Below the pieces are notes generated by a model. That model searched no databases and had not been told where the DNA came from. It saw nothing but the letters and a program-made list of their open reading frames with translations. A DNA stretch of 64,000 nucleotides from positions 677,812 to 741,811 of the forward strand of contig NC_092675.1 of NCBI RefSeq assembly GCF_964355755.1, read 5' to 3'. This document shows, in pieces, positions 27,801 to 40,486 of the stretch. How positions within the stretch are numbered: position 1 is the first letter of the stretch; each line of letters starts with the position of its first letter. The translations under genes were made by a program, and so were the position numbers. This stretch comes from Antedon mediterranea. Its lineage: Eukaryota > Animalia > Echinodermata.

Positions 27801-28002
27801 TTACTTTTGTCTTTACATTTATTTTATATAATAAAACGTTAAAATATTTCAAATTCATTCACAAAATAAAAATCCCCACAAGGTGGGTGAAGTTGATAAT
27901 AAAACTGAAAAACATCAAGAAAGTGTAGTAACATAGTAGATATCTTTTTCCAGGAACATAATATTTAAAAACGTCATAAAAATAAGAAATTAGTTTGTTT
28001 GA

Positions 28003-31000
28003 TCATAAATACAAACTGGCAGCAAACACAATGTCTCTTTTGATTTTTGTGATACCATCAGCAAATTTATTCTCCAGTTCTGTGTTGCCGATTGCCTTAG
28101 CTGCCTGACACATTTGTCTCATTAACTCCTCAAGGCGACGCATTGCTCGAATGATGCTTCCTATAATGAAGACAATATCAAAGTTAAAAGAATATGAGGT
28201 AAAAAAGAAAAACACATCAGCAACAACTCAAGCTTTGACAGCCGGTTATGGAGGCCTACCATTTAAAGATGTATTGTCCCCCAAAAACATGAAAAATAAT
28301 AAAGTATTTTGTAGTTTTATTCATTTTCGTAGAAAAAAAAACCGGACAAAATAAATATTTTCACTTAAAATAACAAAATGGTTAAATTCAACCAAAAACC
28401 CATTGGCATGTGGCCTCCTAAATTTTTCAATTTGTAATGCAAAAGATAGGACACTAATTTCAGTTCAGCACCTAAAATTTGCCATTTTTAGGCCTTGGGC
28501 CCCACTATTTCAAAATCTTGGATCCGCCACTGCATCAGGTCACCAGTGAAATAGGTCTGTTGACTGAGGTAAGAGTTTGGATAAATTGTCAACAAGCACA
28601 GAATCAAAACGCATTATACAGCAAAACAAATTCTCCTTCATTTATTACTAGCTTTGTAGAGTCACAATTTTATCTTTACAAAAGGGAAATATGAAACATA
28701 ATTGTTATCAAAAAACGATATTATAAATAATATAAACTCTACCTTCAAATACATCAGTCATTTGACATAATTGTGAAAATGTTGCCCCTTTACACCACTC
28801 ATAGACAACATCCATCAAAAATGGCTTAAATGATTCCACATACTCTTCTTCATCTACGTCTAACTTTGCTTCAGCGCTCACTTTTGCAATCCTCCTTGCC
28901 GAATCCTGAAAAAGTCAAAATGTATTTGCTTCCAGTATTCTGGATATAGGAAAGAGAAGGGATGGGGGATTTGAGGATACTGGCCTGAGCCTCCCCTCAA
29001 CATTGTGAAAATTACAGTGCAAACAATAGGACATTGAGTTCAGCCCTTTATATCATGAAATAAAAGCTTAAGAAAAGCATTTCCTTTCTTTGTTGGGCGT
29101 CGCAGTTAACAGTGCAAGGTTTTTCTTCAATGGCAATAAAAACTCCGGACGCAACTCATTAAAAATGGAAAAATTAACAGAAAGTGATATTCATCTTCAA
29201 TCAAGCAGTGTGTTGTTGTAATGTAAAATATCATGTTTATTGTTGGGACATCCTTATTAATATTTTTATAAATCCAAAGGCAAATTACTGAAAAAAATGA
29301 CAATGCTGTGGGTATCAGTGGCTGATCTCAATGGATACAAAATAAAATAATCAAAAAGTTAAATCATAACGATAAAACTAAATAGCGAAAAAAATTAGTA
29401 GAGCTTTTGAGCAACACTAGCCCTTCAACACTAGCCCTTCAACACTAGCCCTTCAAAAGTACATTTTATAAATATATCTTTATACTTACTTGCATTTGCC
29501 GCAGTGGTCCGGCCAAAACGTCCGATAATCTTGGCATTTCTTTTACTTTTTCTTGAAATACAAAACAACTTAACAATGAAACTGTTTGTTCAACAGTCAA
29601 CTCATTGAAAACACCATTGAATACCAACTCAGTTATCATCAACTCATCACCACTGAAAAAGAAGAATTGAGAAAACATTATTTTTTTCATTATTAAAGAT
29701 ATATTGTCCCCATGAAAAAAATTTATTTTTTTTTGTTGAATCTGCCATGTTAATAGTTATTCACTTGACCAAAAATTGGATCAAGAAAAAAATTAGCAAA
29801 AGCTATTTTTGTTTGCTCCTATTTGCTATTTGTGAAAAAATAAGAAATTAATTATCTTATGCGTTCATCTTCCTTAGAGATTTAAAGCAATGTTTCTGTT
29901 ATAAAGTGCTTATGTACTTTAACAACATTACAATTAACAGACTTTCTGATAACATAAACTTCTTCAAAAAATTGTTTATGTAATTATTTCCAGATAATAT
30001 AAACATTTTATGTAATTTTGTTTATCTTTTAACAACTTAATGAATTTGAGTTCACTGGACAGATTATATTCAGTTGTCACTGCATGTTCAATATTCTAAA
30101 TGTTTGGTGCAGGTGCAGGTTACAATGCTTGCATACTAACTCCATGGTCACAAGCTCTTAAAACACCTCTATTTATAGTTTGGCCATTTGCTAAACTACA
30201 GGGTACCTTAAGCTTAGCTTCAGCAGGATGGAATACTTTAAAAATGAACATAACAGTTTAGTGGTCATTTTGTTTTTATGAAAATCTAAAGGTCAAGATG
30301 AGTCATATCTAATGATTGTACCAAAAACTGGGGTTGTCCATTTTCCAGATATTGTCCTAGTTTAGTATTTGTAGGTGTGTTTCTTCTATAAACTTGTTGA
30401 CATGAAATAGAGACTCATGTCACTATAATCATCTTTTAAAGTAGTATTACTGTTTTGATGGATAACTGTAAACATAATGACAGTACATAATAAGACAGAG
30501 AAAATTAACTTCAAGTAAACCTAACAATAAAAACATTATTTGTTTTTCTACTCACGTGCTAACTTCACATGCCACTCTTCCTTTCACCTCAATAACATCC
30601 GCTGAAGTTGCGTAGCCCAGTCGTCTCAGGACACGTTTTCTACATTTTAATTCATCCATTTTAATCACTGTTTTTACTTTTTTCAACTCTTTCTTTGCTT
30701 CTTTGATATCTAAAGCAATCTTTAACATAAATAAACATAGAGAATAAATAAATGTTGTTGAATAGAGTTTGAAATACTAAGTGAATGGAAAAAAGTGTTT
30801 TATTTAGTACTATTTACATATTGATATTTTTATTACAGTCTATTGTTCGGGAATGCTTTCATAATGTCTACCAATATTAATTTTTCCAAGATAAAGCCTG
30901 TTTTCCAGTTAATATTTACACATTTTTACCCGATTGGTTTTCTTGGTTCATATCAATGCATTACAAAGCAACTCGCTGCAACTCAACGTCGACTGGAAAA

Positions 31001-34000
31001 CAGGCTTTAGTACTAGCCAGTACTTAAATAAGTTCACAGACAGCAAGTAAATATGCAATAGCTTACTAGGGCTTTCTTTTCATACTCTGCAAATATTTCT
31101 TTCACATTTGGATCCTTGTGTAACGGGTGCTCAACCAGTCTTTTCTCAAACGCTTCAACTTTCTGAAAGTTTAATCGAAAAGTTATTTACTAGGCGTACC
31201 ATTAATGGATAAAACATGCTTTTACCTAGCTAAGAAATTTAATTGATCAATAAAAACAGAACAATTAAACAATCATTAAATCAAACTGTCAATAAATCAA
31301 TCACTGTATTATACACTTGATATTTCTTAATTCACATAATATAAAAGTAGTAAAGAGATATAGCTAGAGAAAAGAGAGAGTTAAGGTGGTGGCGAGTTAT
31401 GGGTGGAAACAATCAAAACAGTAATCAAGGTATATAGAGGTTTGTTGGGTGGGTACTATGTTGAAATGTGAGGAGCTTCAGGCTGGGTTGAGACTTTGAC
31501 GCTGGGTGTCCTGCCCACCTAAAAAAAAAACAATTACATAAATAAAATAATAAGTTGTGACAGAAAGAAAAATAATTTGTGTTACCTCTACAAGTTTCTT
31601 CAGTCCACTGTCCTTAATTCCCATGTCATCAATTGGGTCTAAAAGTGGTAAACCATCTGGAAACCTTCTTATTACCTCCTGCGAAAACAAAACAAAACAT
31701 TTAAAGTAGCACAATAATTCCTAAGTAAATAATTAGTTGAATACTAGTAGAAGATTACTTTGTTTTTCTGATCTGTATGGCTATATGTCTGGCTTCCATG
31801 AATTTTTAACTACCTGATACGTTAGACCAAGAACTACAATGTGTTTTTGCTAGTAAACATTTTTTATTGAGAACATAGTTTTATGCCTTAAAACTGATTA
31901 ATCTGAATCTGAATTACCTGTATAGATTTTCCAACACTCTGTCTATTGTCTGTAGGTCTTAGATCCTTTGGTATATACAACCGGACACTACTCATTTTAG
32001 TTATTAAATGCAGCATAATGGGAACAACCTAAATAACACAAATAATAATATACAATAACCCATTACTTAATGAAACTTAAGTGTGTGTTGAATTTCTCTG
32101 TCCTCTGCCGTACCGAAATCAGAGTTACGATATTCGTGTGAAATTCCTATGTAATGCATATATCAAATTCAAATAGGCCTAAAATAGCCTACATAATACA
32201 AATTGTATGAGTATCTTAGCTACAGCATACATTATAAATAATCTGTAGAATTGCAATATATATATATGAACAATACCATAAAAGCCCCAGTGGTCTAATG
32301 GTTAGGACATCTGCATATCAAGCAGGCGGTTCGAGTTCGAGTCTCGGTTGGGGCGACTTTTTCTCATTCTCAAAGATTTCCTCATCTTTATCGTTTCAAA
32401 TTAATTAAACAAATTTCAGTATTTTCACCGAGCGGTTTAGAATTAATGTTCTTTGCCTGATTTGTTTATATATAAGTTACAATTTCAAAATGGTACACTA
32501 AAGACTGTTTCATGAAGGAGATAAAATTATCAGAGGCTAGGCTCTGAGAAAAATATATGAAGTATAATTCACTGTTTGATTTGTGAAAACATCCACAAGA
32601 ATACAAACATATGTTTTTATTTATTGAACTTCATATCATAATGTGACAACATTAATCTACACTCACAGTCATTTCGCCTCTTTCACCTTCCGCAGGAGGT
32701 CTAGCAGACTCTGTGACGGCATTCTTGATGCTCTCTTTCGATACATTCAGGAGCACCTCACCAACATATAGTGGAGAGTCATCTGTTGGATTTGCCATCT
32801 TCTGGTTTGCTTTTTTCCTAAAATTAATGATGACGCCCCAACCAAAGTCATCATTAGCATTTTTTACCTGTTAAAAGAAAACATTTTTCAAAAGAATAAA
32901 TATGGGACACAGAATGGAGTATCATAAAAATTAACATTGTAATTAGCATGTATATGAGTACTTATTAAAACACTTAACTCCTATTAAGGGGACATTTTCA
33001 GGACCCAAAAGGGTGTCCCTTTAATAGGCATGCCAAGCTGAATGTATCTTGTTCCTCATTAAGTTCAAAGGAAAGTCTTCCTAATAAGGGTGTCCCCTGA
33101 ATAGTCTTAAAGGAGTGGTTATGTATTACGAACATTGTCACTCACATGAACAAGCCTACCAGGCTGCATAAATGGAAGACAATTCTTTGGCTTGGTTAAC
33201 ACTGCCTGTATCTCAATTCTTAACCTTTCCAGTTGTTGGCGTATCTTATAATATGTCTCAACATTCTCCTCATCTTCTATACTCCTGCTGTTGTAGTCCT
33301 TTTCAAGTTGTTTCAATTCTAATTTCAATAATAAGAGAACATGGTTGATATTCTATAAAGCGGAAGATGTTATTTAACTATTTTTATTATTTATTTATGC
33401 TTGGTGACCTCTTTAGTCAATAACTGGTTCGTTATTATCAGTGGCTGTGAGTGACAGTGGCTGTGAGTGACAGTAGCTGTGTGTGTACTAGTACACTGGG
33501 GTAACCACTTACTAGTCTCAAAAGATGTACTAGTTTCTTTAAAGTGCACATGAGCTAGTTGTGTGCACTGGACCTACGGTTTATAGTCCTTATCCAAGAA
33601 GACTTGTTGTACCACCAGAACCATGGAGCAAGTGAGCCTCGATGTTATTGTTAGTAATTATGGCCCCACCGCTCGGCCACTCACTCACTTTGAACGTGAC
33701 TTACTATCTATGAGTTGTGGTATTGCAATGTAGTTCTGGAATTGGTAAAATGATTTCTCCAACATGTATTCTGGATTGATCTCTTCGACTCGTAATAAAT
33801 TTAACACCATGTTGTATGTCAAATGAAATGCACTGTTTAAAGGATCGGGTAATCCCTGAAAAATCAATCAACAAAAACGGTAATCATTTCTGAAAACAAA
33901 GTATCAGTTATTAAAATAAATACAATAGCGTAGTTATGTTACAAAAGGAGTTTAAAAAATAGTCTTAAGCTCTGTCTACACTATCAAACTTTATGTGAAA

Positions 34001-37000
34001 AAAACAAATGTCATGTGCCCATATATGGACAAGATGACATCAATATATGACAAGATGACATCACACTTTTCTATCAAACTGGTTTGATAGTGTAGACAGA
34101 GCTTTAAGTCATGTGGTATCAATGGGCTTGAGCTTATCCCTAGCTTCTGTAGCATGAAGCAGACAAGAGAGTATCCTTTTACCTTGGAAACATAAAAAAG
34201 TAACGTGGTATAATGAATTGAATGTCATAATGTATAAGAATTCATATCCAAATTGAATAAATTTAAAGGTTTCATACCTGTACAATATTCTTGCCAACAC
34301 TTGGACTCATCTTCTCATCCACCATAAGAATAACAATACCACGATCATCCAAGCCTCTTCTTCCTGCACGACCACTCATTTGAATATACTCACCTGATGT
34401 AAGCTTTTAGAAAAAGGTGCAAACAAATTAATAAAATGAAAGTCTAACTCTCTCTACCAACATTAAGGCGAGTCCCGTGTTCATTCTGAATGTAGGGAAG
34501 GAGGTCATTTTACCAAGCTTCTGCATTATGTGGTAGGGTGGCCAGTTCCTTTCCATGCTACCTTATCCTCACTAGTATTTTCAAACAAGTACTCAGTGAG
34601 TGGATTGTACTACTACTACTACTGTATGTACACATGCTTGGTCTGGTCAGCAACAGTAACTTATTCTTACTACTTTGGAACTTTTACAAAAGGTTTTAAA
34701 AAACACTAACCCATCTAAACATTTTGCCATCAAATTTCCTAGCATTGGTGAAAACTACTGTCCTTGCTGGCATGTTCAACCCCATTGCAAATGTCTCTGT
34801 CGCAAACAAAGCTTTCAAAAGTCCCTCAGAGAAAAGGATCTCAATTACTTCTTTTAGCAGGGGGAGTAATCCTGAATGATGGATTCCAATTCCTCTTTTT
34901 AACAGAGGGAGTAAATTTTCAACCTGCAAGTAAATTATAAATAAAATCAAGTTCCTTATTACTTACTGGTTAAAAAAAACAACAAAAAATAGGAGTAGGA
35001 TGATAAACCATGTGCAGTAAAAAACCAATATTATCAAATCAGGAAGTAAAAGAATTCACATAAAACAGAACAGAAATTCATCTATTTCTGCTACCCTGTA
35101 CAATGTCAGTGTTCCCATATATGGACATGATGTCATTTCGATACCATATTTGGGAATTTCACTACCATATTTGGGTACATCACACTTTTTGTCAAACTAG
35201 TTTGATAGTGTAGACAGAGCTTTAGACTCAGGAATATAAACTTCCTACAGCCATACTGATGTTTTCTTACTTGCGGAAGTGTTTTATCTTCGTCTGAGAG
35301 GGCATCAGTGGCATTATCAAAGACTTCTTGAACAAGCTTCTTCTCTTCTGGAGTGTTGAAGTCTAACTTAGCAAGAGTGAGGGCGTACACCTCACACTCT
35401 TTCTTACTAAAACTAAAGATTATCACTGGCTGAAAACTCTTCTCCATTATCATCTTTACAATCTTATAAATATTAGATGGGCCTGAAATTAACAAATTAA
35501 TTAATCGATGGTAACTAACAAATTCCTTTAAAACAAGCAAAGAGAGTATTTAAGAGCAATTTTAGTTTTTAAAGTATTTTTTTGTATATATTTTGATTTA
35601 ATTTTAAAACTGGACCTCACGGGAGACAAGTACTTATGTATTGAATGAATTTCCCAGAATAAAGAAAGATATGAAGAAAAAAAAAGAAAACCTACAGCTC
35701 CACAAATACTATACCTTTCGTTCCTCCTTTCCTTCCTCTATTTGACATATCCCCCTTAGAAGCATCTCCTGCGTCTCTTAGCACTGACATTGCTGTGTTG
35801 AAATTATTTTGACGAAAATCACCCTAAAATAATAAACATAGTTGACAATTTCTTTAAAAAAATCAATATTATTATGGAACACATACAATAACATAAATAG
35901 CTATAAATTGTCCTACCTTTTCATCAACAACAAGGTGGAGGCCATCTCCACCAGCGGGAAAGATGTAGTGCTGTAGAGGAACTGGTCTATAATCTGTATA
36001 CACAACATGACACGGCTAGGGGAAAAAATCAATAGTTACATGAAATTCTTTTTTGTGTATTTAAAAAAAAATAAAAATTGGCAATACTGACATTAGATGT
36101 AAAAAAAAATTATGTTCCACAAAATAAACTCACTCAAAATTGTATTTAAAATCTTAGAGTCTCCCTTTATTTAGTCGGTTTATGTATGTATCTTTTTAAT
36201 CGGAATTGCTGACAACCGACATTTCTTTGTTTTTTAACGAAGACAAATGAAGTTTCTTATATCTTGTAACTTTTTCAGTAATTGGAAATTCAATTTTTTA
36301 GTTGAAATTACATGCATGAGTAAATTTTCTATAGCTCCCTAAGTTCGTAATTATTTGTTTTACAGTATGTGAACTGACTTGTTTGTGAAGATGACAAATC
36401 CATTCTGCAAACTGCCTTGCATTTGGTATCGTAGCTGACAGGAACACATAATGAACATTATCCGGCAATAAGATAATTGTTTCTTCCCATACAACACCTC
36501 TCTCTACATAAACCAAAACAAAATTAATGAATATTGTAATGTTTTATTACTTATTTTCGTATAAAAAGCTGTGAACTATACTAAAACCAACCTTTATCTC
36601 GCATGTAGTGAATTTCATCAAAAATTACCCAGCCGACCTCTCGCATAATTTCTGATCCTCTGTACAACATACTTCGAAGAATCTTGAAAAGTAAACAACC
36701 AAATTGTGAATGGAAATGTTGTTACCAACATTTATTTTATAGAAACTTCTATTTTTTTTTAGAAACTATTACTCTATACTGATGGGAAATAACTAATTAC
36801 ATTATTTTTATGAAATTAGAGAATGCCTTTGTGGCACAAAGTTTTGCTAACACCATTAAGCTCTGTCTACAATATCAAACTAGTTTGACAAAAAATGTGT
36901 GATGTACCCAAATATTGTAGTGATATGACATCATCATGTCCATGTACGAGCACATCACATTTTTTTTCATATAAAGTTTGATAGTGTAGATAGAGCTTTA

Positions 37001-39793
37001 TAGTATGATTGTTACATTATACATATGATTGTTCTTACACTATATACTCACTCACCTCTGTCGTCATAATAAGGCAACTAGCAGTTGGATTGATTGTTAC
37101 GTCACCAGTCATCAAGCCTACATCTTGAAACTCCTCAAACATCTCACGATACTTTTGGTTGCTGAGCGCTTTGATTGGCGTTGTGTAGATGACACGCTGT
37201 TTGTCTCGAAGGGACATCGCTATTGCATATCTAAAAATAGCAACAATGAGGAGCATGAATAATCTCGCTTGACAACAGATAAACAAATTCGTGATCGATG
37301 TGAAAGCATGCTCATCATTCGCGATATTTCTCTCAGGGCGTCGGAACAAATATAAGCACGATGTGAAAGTAGGTTTTAAAGTTTAAAAAAAGAACAATTT
37401 TTGTCTAGAAATTGAGAGATTTGTTTGTTATGAAAATTTTGTTTTGGTTTTTATATATTTAGACAAATTGCCAAGGATAACCATAGGCGAATTCATTCAC
37501 TATCCTTCTTAAAGGTGGCAATCCTGTTCACAAGACAAACATTATACACAAGATGCTATACATAAAGAAAGTCCCATTCCAAGTCTTTGGGAGTGGAGTT
37601 TTAGTTTTTCATTAGAAAAAATCCTGACATATAACAAGACCCTTGGATTGGTAGCCAAGCATCATAACCACCAAGCCACAACTCCACTCCTACAGTACAT
37701 GTTTACTATAGCATGCATACATCCATACAATTTGTCCTGGGAAAGTTTTTAAACTATATTTTGGTTACAGGTAAATGTGCTCTTTAGTTTTTTTTCTTAC
37801 TCTGCTACCACTGTTTTGCCTGCTGATGTGTGAGCAGACACCAGTACTGATTGGTTGTTCTCCAGACATTTCAGTGCTTCCTTCTGAAACGGATCTAAGA
37901 TAAAAGGATATTCCTGCAAGAAAGAAAGAAATTAAAATCATTGTTTTGATATAATATGCACTGTAACACTAAAATGCACTAATAAATTTTCTCACATACA
38001 CCCTGATTCAGGGGACACTTTCCATGTCCATGAAAAGCAATGTATGTTTCACACTAAAGCTCTGTCTACACTATCAAACTTTATGCGACAAAAATGTGAT
38101 GTGCCCATATGAACATGATGACATATCACTACCATATTTGGGCACATCACACTTTTTTGTAAAACTAGTTTGATAGTGTAGACATTACGTTAGGCTACCT
38201 CTAATTTAGGGAATGCTCTATTAAGGGCAAAATCGTTTATACCTTAGCAGGTTTAGAGCCATCCGGCATTGGCTTCAACTCCTCATATTGCTCATCTGTA
38301 GGTACAGCTACTTCATGTGTACAACCTGAAATAGTGCCTTCAACAGGATGTACAGACACCTTTGGTAAAATTGACTCTAGGCTGTAAACAAATTAACAGT
38401 GTAATTAACGAATACCCAGGTATACATTTTTTTTTTTAAAGTCAGTCAATTCCAAATTGTTATTTATCCTACAGCAAATCTGCTGGGCATAGCTGTAGTT
38501 TTCATTGAGAAGTAGTTTTTTTTAATTCGATTTAGCATTTAATATTTAGCTTTATTAAAATTATTTTATTTCATATACAACATTTATTGTCATGCCTGGA
38601 CAAAGATGTCTTTACTTTGTATATATAAACCCATTACATTTTTACTGAAACTATTATTATCTATTACTCAAATAATTTAAAAAAAGAAAACATGATTATT
38701 ATTTATTAAGCATTTTAAATAGTTGCATAATAATAACATTTATTTAAAATAGTAACATATGCACCTTAAATCATCCTCTGTAAGTCCAACTCGGACTCGC
38801 TTACTAAATTCTTCACTTTCTTCAGTATCTGATAGGGGGCGCTTTTCTGCAACACCTGTAGTGATGGTGGCCTCAGAAAAGCTATTAAGGGGAAAGTAAA
38901 CAAAAAAGCACATAGCATAAAAAATTGACTAGATGTACCATACATCAATAAACAGACGTCTATTACTTAGTAATTACTGACATACACTGTGACAGTACAA
39001 AGATAGGCTGTAGATTCTAGTTACTTTACAAACAAAGACTAGTTAAAATAACAATTGTTTGAAACAAAAAAGGCCTAGTATTAATAATCAAATATTTAAT
39101 ATATAATTAATTCAAAATTAAATATTGTATGAAATTGAATGCAAACTTGTTTGTAAAACTAAAAGTGCAGTGAATTTATAACAGGTTTAGTCTGGAAAAA
39201 AAACCCATCAACTTAGCAAGGTCCTAAATTGTTTTTTGACCTAGGACTAGCCTAAGTAGACTAGAAGAATTTATCAATAAATAACATCAAAAAATATTAT
39301 TACTCTGAGTTACTGTATAATTATTATTAATTAGGCTAATAAGTAATATAATACAGTTCTGTTTTTGTGATTATTATATAATCCTTCTTTTAGGTATTTC
39401 CAGTACTAGCTAGACATATTAAATGTAATGTGGACGTCCTAGGCCTACTAGGCAAATCAGTAACATAAGTTTTAATGCAAATCCTGGCCAACAGCTAGCC
39501 TCAGTTCCAGGCTAGGTTTAGGCGGTGATGAATAGCTTCTTCACTGGGGAAACGGACAGGTTGGGGTGGATCGGCCGACGTGCACACGTCACACACATTG
39601 CAAAAGCAATAGGGCCTAGCTTTTAGTCGTTAATTATAAACGTCCTAAAACATTTGGACAGTTAATAAATCACATAATTTACAAACCTATCCATGTCTGA
39701 AGTCCCTGGCAGATCGTCATCTTGCTTTTCAATCCCCTTGGACTCCACCGGTTCGTCAAAAACACTAAAAAGATCGTCACCGAACTCGGCCAT
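28003..39793 (-). CDS. MTREX: Exosome RNA helicase MTR4 (Ski2-like DExH helicase), 22 exons, about 1032 aa
   Basis: Exons (minus): 39793-39687, 38881-38765, 38381-38243, 37913-37801, 37230-37056, 36682-36592, 36503-36379, 36015-35917, 35823-35715, 35482-35271, 34923-34711, 34403-34278, 33855-33705, 33318-33146, 32867-32667, 32028-31918, 31678-31586, 31162-31067, 30719-30556, 29652-29490, 28905-28743, 28160-28003. The sum is 3099 nt, in frame. Motifs: [59 protein letters not shown], arch/KOW DFGWG, C-terminal [11 protein letters not shown]. Confidence 0.97.
30895..31006. mobile_element. Small Harbinger-like MITE (second family)
   Basis: TIR AGCCTGTTTTCCAGT / ACTGGAAAACAGGCT with TAA/TTA flanks; a related terminus AGCCTGTTTTCCGGTCGACG at about 42431. 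Confidence 0.65.
32284..32355 (+). tRNA. tRNA-like cloverleaf with anticodon ATC (Asp-ATC-like), antisense within an MTREX intron
   Basis: GCCCCAG/TTGGGGC acceptor, GTCT/GGAC D stem, TCTGC-ATATCAA-GCAGG anticodon arm, TCGAG-TTCGAGT-CTCGG T arm, G73, TTTTT immediately downstream. A32 is non-canonical; may belong to a repeat family. Confidence 0.6.
33385..33688 (-). mobile_element. tRNA-derived SINE with Deu/Meta-like core
   Basis: Minus strand: GTGGCCGAGCGG A box, then GTCTTCTTGGATAAGGACTATAAACCGTAGGTCC..GCACTTTAAAGAAAC core and an (AATA)n tail. Confidence 0.6.
33968..34103. mobile_element. PIF/Harbinger (Tourist-like) MITE family, about 135-170 bp; representative copy
   Basis: TIR AGCTCTGTCTACACTATCAAAC, 3-bp TTA/TAA duplication. 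Other copies at about 1440-1611, 13008-13811 (split by the HINE), 27599-27733, 35120-35221 (partial), 36859-36997, 38058-38183, 41177-41336, 51216-51354, 56979-57103, 60333-60468. Confidence 0.85.
34465..34650 (-). mobile_element. SINE fragment with Nin-domain-like core
   Basis: Minus strand GAGGATAAGGTAGCATGGAAAGGAACTGGCCACCCTACCACATAATG..AACACGGGACTC resembles the Nin-domain consensus as I recall it. Confidence 0.5.
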
Positions 39794-40486
39794 GCTTGTT
39801 AGTTTTTTGTCGTGTGCTATTAATACGGCCGCCGTGTGTACTGTCCAGCAAAGAATTTTATACCAGTCATTGTCTCACTCTCTTTCTTATATTTCATTTT
39901 TTTTCCATTCCATATATTATTATAAAAGGTCCTTAATGAAAAAGTAATATATTAAATATGAAATTAGATTTTAAAAAGATATGCCCTGTTATGGGATGCA
40001 TAATTACTTCCATTTTAATATTTTAATATCTAGATCTTATGCTCTAGAACCAATAAGCTGAAAGAAATTGTAAACAGAACACATTAAAATACAAATCTTT
40101 AATATAGAATAACCTTTTTTACATAATTAGCGCCACCTCTTAAAATAAAAAAGGTGGCAAAAAAACAATTTACATTAGCGCCACCACTAGACAAAAAGTT
40201 GGCAATATTCTACATAATATAGTCGCCTTGTGTTTTTTAGTAACAGCTGAAATGATTCAGCTGTAATGTGTAGGAGGAAAAATTTACGTATCCAGGCCAT
40301 TTCTGTCATTAATAAGTACGTCAAGGTTGTCATAACGATTGCCGGAATTTATTTCAAATTACACAACATTATAAATATTAAAATCACAAGTGGAAACTTT
40401 ATTATTGTGGCTCTGTATAGGACAACGAAATTGATAAAAGTCTCTTCAGAGACAATAAAATATTGTGAAATTATTGAGCGGAGAGA
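39794..40486. promoter_or_regulatory. Putative bidirectional promoter region (MTREX / lectin-like receptor)
   Basis: About 690 bp between divergent ATGs, CpG retained near the MTREX start, two TTAGCGCCACC motifs (about 40127 and 40175). Depends on the inferred first exon of the receptor. Confidence 0.5.

Noticed and set aside
37245-37370. ATGATGA box in an MTREX intron (possible C/D snoRNA)
   Set aside because: No properly placed downstream CTGA box; the repeated CTTTCACATCG and short inverted repeats fit a MITE fragment better.
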